A DNA stretch of 64,000 bases, taken from NCBI RefSeq assembly GCF_009914755.1, contig NC_060925.1. One strand, given 5' to 3'. The notes beneath the pieces were generated by a model. The model saw only the letters and a program-made list of their open reading frames with translations, did not search any database and was not told where the DNA came from. The first letter of the stretch is position 1. Each line of letters starts with the position of its first letter. The DNA is from the human T2T-CHM13v2.0 reference genome, Homo sapiens. The translations under genes were made by a program, and so were the position numbers. Below, piece by piece: positions 58,832-64,000 of this stretch.

Positions 58832-61800
58832 GAGTCTTCTGGTTCCCAACTAGTGACATAGAAGCAAGCTGGCTCTGCTTTCCCCCACAGAAAAGCAAAA
58901 ACAAATATAAAGGCATCAAGATCATCACTAGCAATATTCCAGAACTCAAATATGAGGAAACAGTTCCTAGGGCCACAGAGAAGAGGAAAAATTCCAAGCA
59001 GATGGTATGAAACCCCAAAGACAAATCTATAACAATAATAGCTATAGAAACCTGTTAAGAGTTATGCAATATAAAAATTTTTAAACTGCAACAACATAAA
59101 GTAAAAATGTGGGAGGGAGTTAAAATGTAGAGTTTTTAAATTTTTTTCTGTGATTGTTTGTTTCTATTCTTTTTTTGTGATCTAACATAAGTTGTCATCT
59201 CCTTAAAATAGCTTCTTATAGCTGTAAGATGTTTTTGTAAGCTTCATGGTAACCACAAAGCTAAAACCTATAATAGATTCACTAAAAATATAAAGCAATG
59301 AATTAAAACATACTACCAGAGAAAATCACTAACCACAAAGGGAGACATTAAGAAAGGAAGATAGAAATAAGTTACAAAACAACCAAAAGATAAGCAAGAA
59401 AGTAGCAACAGTAAGTCCCCATTTATCAATAAACATGAAAGTAAATGGATTCAATTGTCCAATTAAAAGGCACATAATAGATGAATGAATAAAGAATCAA
59501 GAACTATGGCAATCATTAAAAAGTCAGGAAACAACAGGTGCTGGAGAGGATGTGGAGAAATAGGAACACTTTTACACTGTTGGTGGGACTGTAAACTAGT
59601 TCAACCATTGTGGAAGTCAGTGTGGCGATTCCTCAGGGATCTAGAACTAGAAATACCATTTGACCCAGCCATCCCATTACTGGGTATATACCCAAATGAC
59701 TATAAATCATGCTGCTATAAAGACACATGCACACGTATGTTTATTGCGGCATTATTCACAATAGCAAAGACTTGGAACCAACCCAAATGTCCAACAATGA
59801 TAGACTGGATTAAGAAAATGTGGCACATATACACCATGGAATACTATGCAGCCATAAAAAATGATGAGTTCATGTCCTTTGTAGGGACATGGATGAAATT
59901 GGAAACCATCATTCTCAGTAAACTATCGCAAGAACAAAAAACCAAACACCGCATATTCTCACTCATAGGTGGGAATTGAACAATGAGATCACATGGACAC
60001 AGGAAGGGGAATATCACACTCTGGGGACTGTGGTGGGGTCGGGGGAGGGGGGAGGGATAGCACTGGGAGATATACCTAATGCTAGATGACACGTTAGTGG
60101 GTGCAGCGCACCAGCATGGCACATGTATACATATGTAACTAACCTGCACAATGTGCACATGTACCCTAAAAACTTAAAGTATAATAATAATAATAATTAA
60201 AAAAGAAAAAAAAAAAGAATGGAGAAGTCAAGAAAAAAAAAAAAAAGAAAAGAAATACAGCAATGAACATGGCATTTGTGAGAAAAAAAAAAAAAAAAAA
60301 AGAATCAAGAACTAACTATATGCTGTTTACAAGAAACTTACTTTACCTGTAGAGACACACATAAACTAAAAGTGAATAGGCAGAAAAAGATATTCCAAAC
60401 AATTAGAAACCAAAAAAGAGCAGGAGTCACTAAAGTCATATCAGATAAAATTGACTACAAATCAAAGACTGTAAATAGAGACAAAGAAGGGAACTATATA
60501 ATGATAAAGGGCTCAATTCAGAAAGAGGCTATAACAATCATAAATATTTATGCACCCAAAACCAGAGCTCTCAATTATGTAAAGAAAACTTTAATAGATC
60601 TAAAGGGAGAGATAGGCTGTAGTACAATAATAGTAGGGGACTTCAGCACCCCACTTTGAGTAATAGACTGATCATCCAGACAGACAATCAACAAAGAAAT
60701 ATAGGAGTTAAACCACACACTAGAACAAATATGCCTAACTAACACTAATAGAACATTTCATCCAACTGCTGCAGAATACACATTCTATTCATCAGCACAT
60801 GGAACATTCTCCAGAATAAACCATATTTTAAACCACAAAACAAGTCTCAACAAATTCAAAAAAGTAGAAATACTATCAAGTATCTTTTCTGACCACAATG
60901 AAAACAAACTAGAAATCAATAACTAAAGGAACCTGGGAAATACACAAACAAAGAGAAATTAAACAACATGCTCCTAAATGACCAATGAGTGGAAAAAGAA
61001 ATTAAGAAGGAAAATTTAAAATCTCTTGAAACAAATAAAAATGGAAATATAACGAACAAAAATCTACGGAATACAGAAAAATCAGTACTAAGAAAGAAGT
61101 TTATAGCAATAAACACCTACTTCAAAGAAGTAGAAAGACTTCAAATAAGCAACCTAACAATGCACCCTTCCCAGGCCCTTAAAAAGCAAGAACAAACCAA
61201 ACCTACAATTAGTAGAAGGAAAGAAATAAAGATCAGAGCAGAAAGAAATGAACTTGAGACTAAACAATCAATACAGAAGATCAATAAAATGACAAGATGG
61301 GTTGAAAAGAAAAAATCAACAAATCTTTAGCTACACTAATTAAGAAAAAAGAGAAGACTCAAATAAATAAAATCAGAAATGAGACAGGAGATGTAACAAC
61401 CAAGACCACAGAAACATAGATAATCTCATATGAAAAGTTATTATAAACAACTACATGCCAACAAATTGGAAAACCTAGAGGAAACAGATAAGTTTTGAAA
61501 ATGAAGAAATAGAAAACCTCAACAAACCGATAATGAGTAATGAGATTGAGTCAGTAATAAAACATCTCTCATCAAAGAGCACCCAGGACCTGATAGCTTC
61601 ACTGCTGAATTGTAAAAAAGCACAAAGAAAATGTAATACCAATTCTACTCAAACACTTCAAAAAAATTGAAGAAGAGGGAATACTTCCAAACTTATATGA
61701 GGCCAGCATTATCCTGATACTAAAACCAAATAAGTATACCACAAAGAAAAATACATGCCAATATCACTTATTAACATAGATGCAAATATCCTCAACAAAA

Positions 61801-61910
61801 TACTAGCAAACTGAATTCAACAACACATGAAAAAGATCATTCAACGTGGTTAAGTGGGATTCATCTCAGGGATGCTAGGATGATGGTTCAACACACACAA
61901 ATCAAGAAAT
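58832..61910 (+). mobile_element. Old L1M/L1MA: 5' tip, inter-ORF region and 5' half of ORF2; host of the young L1
   Basis: 5' motif cttctggttccc..gacatagaagcaagctggc; EN-domain remnant (NYIMIKGSIQ..INIYAP..IVGDFSTPL in ORF 60372-60659). Confidence 0.82.
59507..60298 (+). mobile_element. Young 5'-truncated L1HS-type insertion (ACG/A class) with a compound tail
   Basis: Uninterrupted ORF2 C-terminus up to the TGA at 59979; ACG at 60091-60093 and A at 60177; exact 16-bp TSD AAAGAATCAAGAACTA (59491-59506, 60299-60314). Confidence 0.95.
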
Positions 61911-64000
61911 GCCTACATTAAAAAGTCTGAAAGGGCACAAATAGACAATCTAAGGTCACACTTCAAGGAACTAGAGAAAGAAGAACAAACCAAACCGAAA
62001 CCCAGCAGAAGAAAAGAAATAATAATTAAGATCAGAGCAGAACTAAATTAAATTGAAACAAAATAAAATAAAAAAATCAATACAAAAGACAAATGAAACA
62101 AAAAGCTGATTGAAAAGATAAACAAAATTGATAGACCACTAGTGAGATTAACCAAGAAAAGAAACGATCCAAATAAGCTCAATTAGAAACAAAATTGGTT
62201 ATATTAGAGCCAATACCATAGAAATACAAAAGATCACTCAAGGATACTATGAACACCTTTATGCATACAAACTAGAAAACCTAGAGGAGATGGATACATT
62301 CCTGGAAATACTCAACCCTCCTAGATTAAGCCAGGAAGAAACAAAAACTCTGAACAGACCAATAACAAGCAGCAAGGTTGAAATGGTAATTTAAAAAAAA
62401 ATTGCCAACAAAAAAAAGTCTGGGACCAGATAGATTCACATCTGAACTCTATCAGAAAGTCAAAGAAGAATTGATACCAATCTTATTGACACTTCCAAAA
62501 GACAGAGAAAGAGTGAATCCTCCCTAAACCATTCTATGAAGCCAGTATTGCCCTAATATCGAAATTAGGAAAGGACATAACAAAAAAAGAAAACTCCAGA
62601 CCAATATCCCTAATGAACATAGATGCAAAAATACTCAACAAAATACTAGCTAACCGAATCCAACAGCATATAACAAAGATAATCCACCATGATCAAGTGC
62701 TTTCATACCAGGGATGCAGAGATGGTTTAACACCTGCAAGTCAATAAATGTGATATACCACATAAACAGAATTAAAAACAAAAATTACAGATTATCTCAA
62801 TAGACACAGAAATAGCATTTGACAAACTCCAGGATCCCTTTATGATTAAAAGACTCAGCTAAAATCAGCACAGAAGGGACCTACCTTAAGGTAATAAAAG
62901 CCATCTATGATAAACCCACAGCCAACATTACACCAAACAGGGAAAAGTTGAAAGCATCCCCCACGAGAACTGGAACACAAAAAGGATGCCTACTTTCATC
63001 ACTTCTCTTCAACATAGTACTGGAAGTCCTAGCTAGAGCAATCAGACTGGAGAAAGAAATAAAGGGCATCCAAATCAGAAAAGAGGAAGCCAAACTGTTG
63101 CTGTTCACTGATAATATGATTGTATATCTAGAAAACCCTAGAGACTCATCCAAAAAGCTCCTAGAACTGATAAATGAATTCAGCAAAATTTCAGTATACT
63201 GTAATGTGCACAAATCAGTAGCTCTGCTATACACCAACGGCGACCAAGCTCAGAATCAAATCAAGAACTCAACACTTTTTTACAACAGGTGCAAACAAAA
63301 CAAAAAAAACTTAAGAATATACCTAACCAAAGCCGTAAAAGATCCATACAAAGAAAACTACACTACAAAACACTGCTGAAAGAAATCATAGATGACACAA
63401 ACAAATGGAAACATATCCCATGCTCATGGATGGGTGGAATCAATAATGTAAAAATGACCATACTGCCAAAAGCAATCTACAAACTCAATGCAATTCCCAT
63501 CAAAATATCATCATTGTTCTCATCATCATCTACCATCACTGAGAAAACAATTCTAAAATTCATATGGAACCAAAAAAAGAGCCTGCATAGTGAAAGAAAG
63601 ACCAAGCAAATATAACAAATCAGGAGGCATCACATTACCTGACTTCAAACTCTACTATAAGGCTACAGTCACCAAAACATCATGGTACTGGCATAAAAAT
63701 AGGCAAATAGACTGATGGAACAGAATATAGAACCCAGAAATAAAGCCAAATACTTACAGCCAACTGACCTTTGAGAAGGCAAACAAAAACATAAAGTGGG
63801 GGAATGGACATCCTATTAAACAAATGAGATGGAATAATTGGCAAGCCACATATAGAAAAATGAAACTGGAAATGAGGATTTCTCATCTTACACAAAAATC
63901 AACTCAAGATGGATCAAAGACTTAAATCTAAGACCTGAAACCATAAAAATTCTAGAAGATAACATTGGAAAAACCCTTCTAGACACTGGCTTAGGCAAAG
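61911..64000 (+). mobile_element. L1PB-type ORF2, 5'-truncated, running off the right edge of the window
   Basis: cctacattaaaaagtctgaaagggcacaaatagacaatctaaggtcacac (L1PB-like); RT motifs in ORF 62948-63379. Confidence 0.85.

Noticed and set aside
59485-59979. 164-aa ORF as a functional gene
   Set aside because: It is the C-terminus of L1 ORF2p from a 5'-truncated insertion. It is fused by chance to seven codons from the flank and TSD, and has no promoter, EN or RT domain.
60023-60056. G-quadruplex-forming G-run tract
   Set aside because: The motif is real, but it is the standard, well-known L1 3'UTR polypurine tract.

Overview
AT-rich primate genomic DNA, most likely human (AluJ/S/Y, THE1, L1PA and an L1HS-type 3' end are present). 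It is made up mostly of interspersed repeats. I can support no host protein-coding exon, tRNA, rRNA or CRISPR array; every convincing ORF is a LINE-1 ORF1/ORF2 remnant. Main contents: (1) a near-full-length L1PA7-like element inside a THE1D provirus, itself carrying an AluY; (2) several older L1MA/MB/ME/PB and L2 elements; (3) many solo LTRs with target-site duplications (TSDs); (4) a decayed MER4-group-like ERV internal region carrying six later insertions; (5) a 7SL retrocopy. The most notable observations concern retrotransposition mechanics. A young, 5'-truncated L1 of the ACG/A type has a tail that looks like two stacked 3' transductions. An older L1PA13-like insertion carries about 150 bp of apparently transduced DNA. 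There is also a TSD-flanked solo poly(A) insertion, an orphan 23-28 bp L1PB snippet, and several template-switch-like palindromes. I found no evidence for a new gene system. Subfamily names come from recognising motifs by eye and need RepeatMasker/Dfam confirmation. Boundaries without a TSD are approximate.
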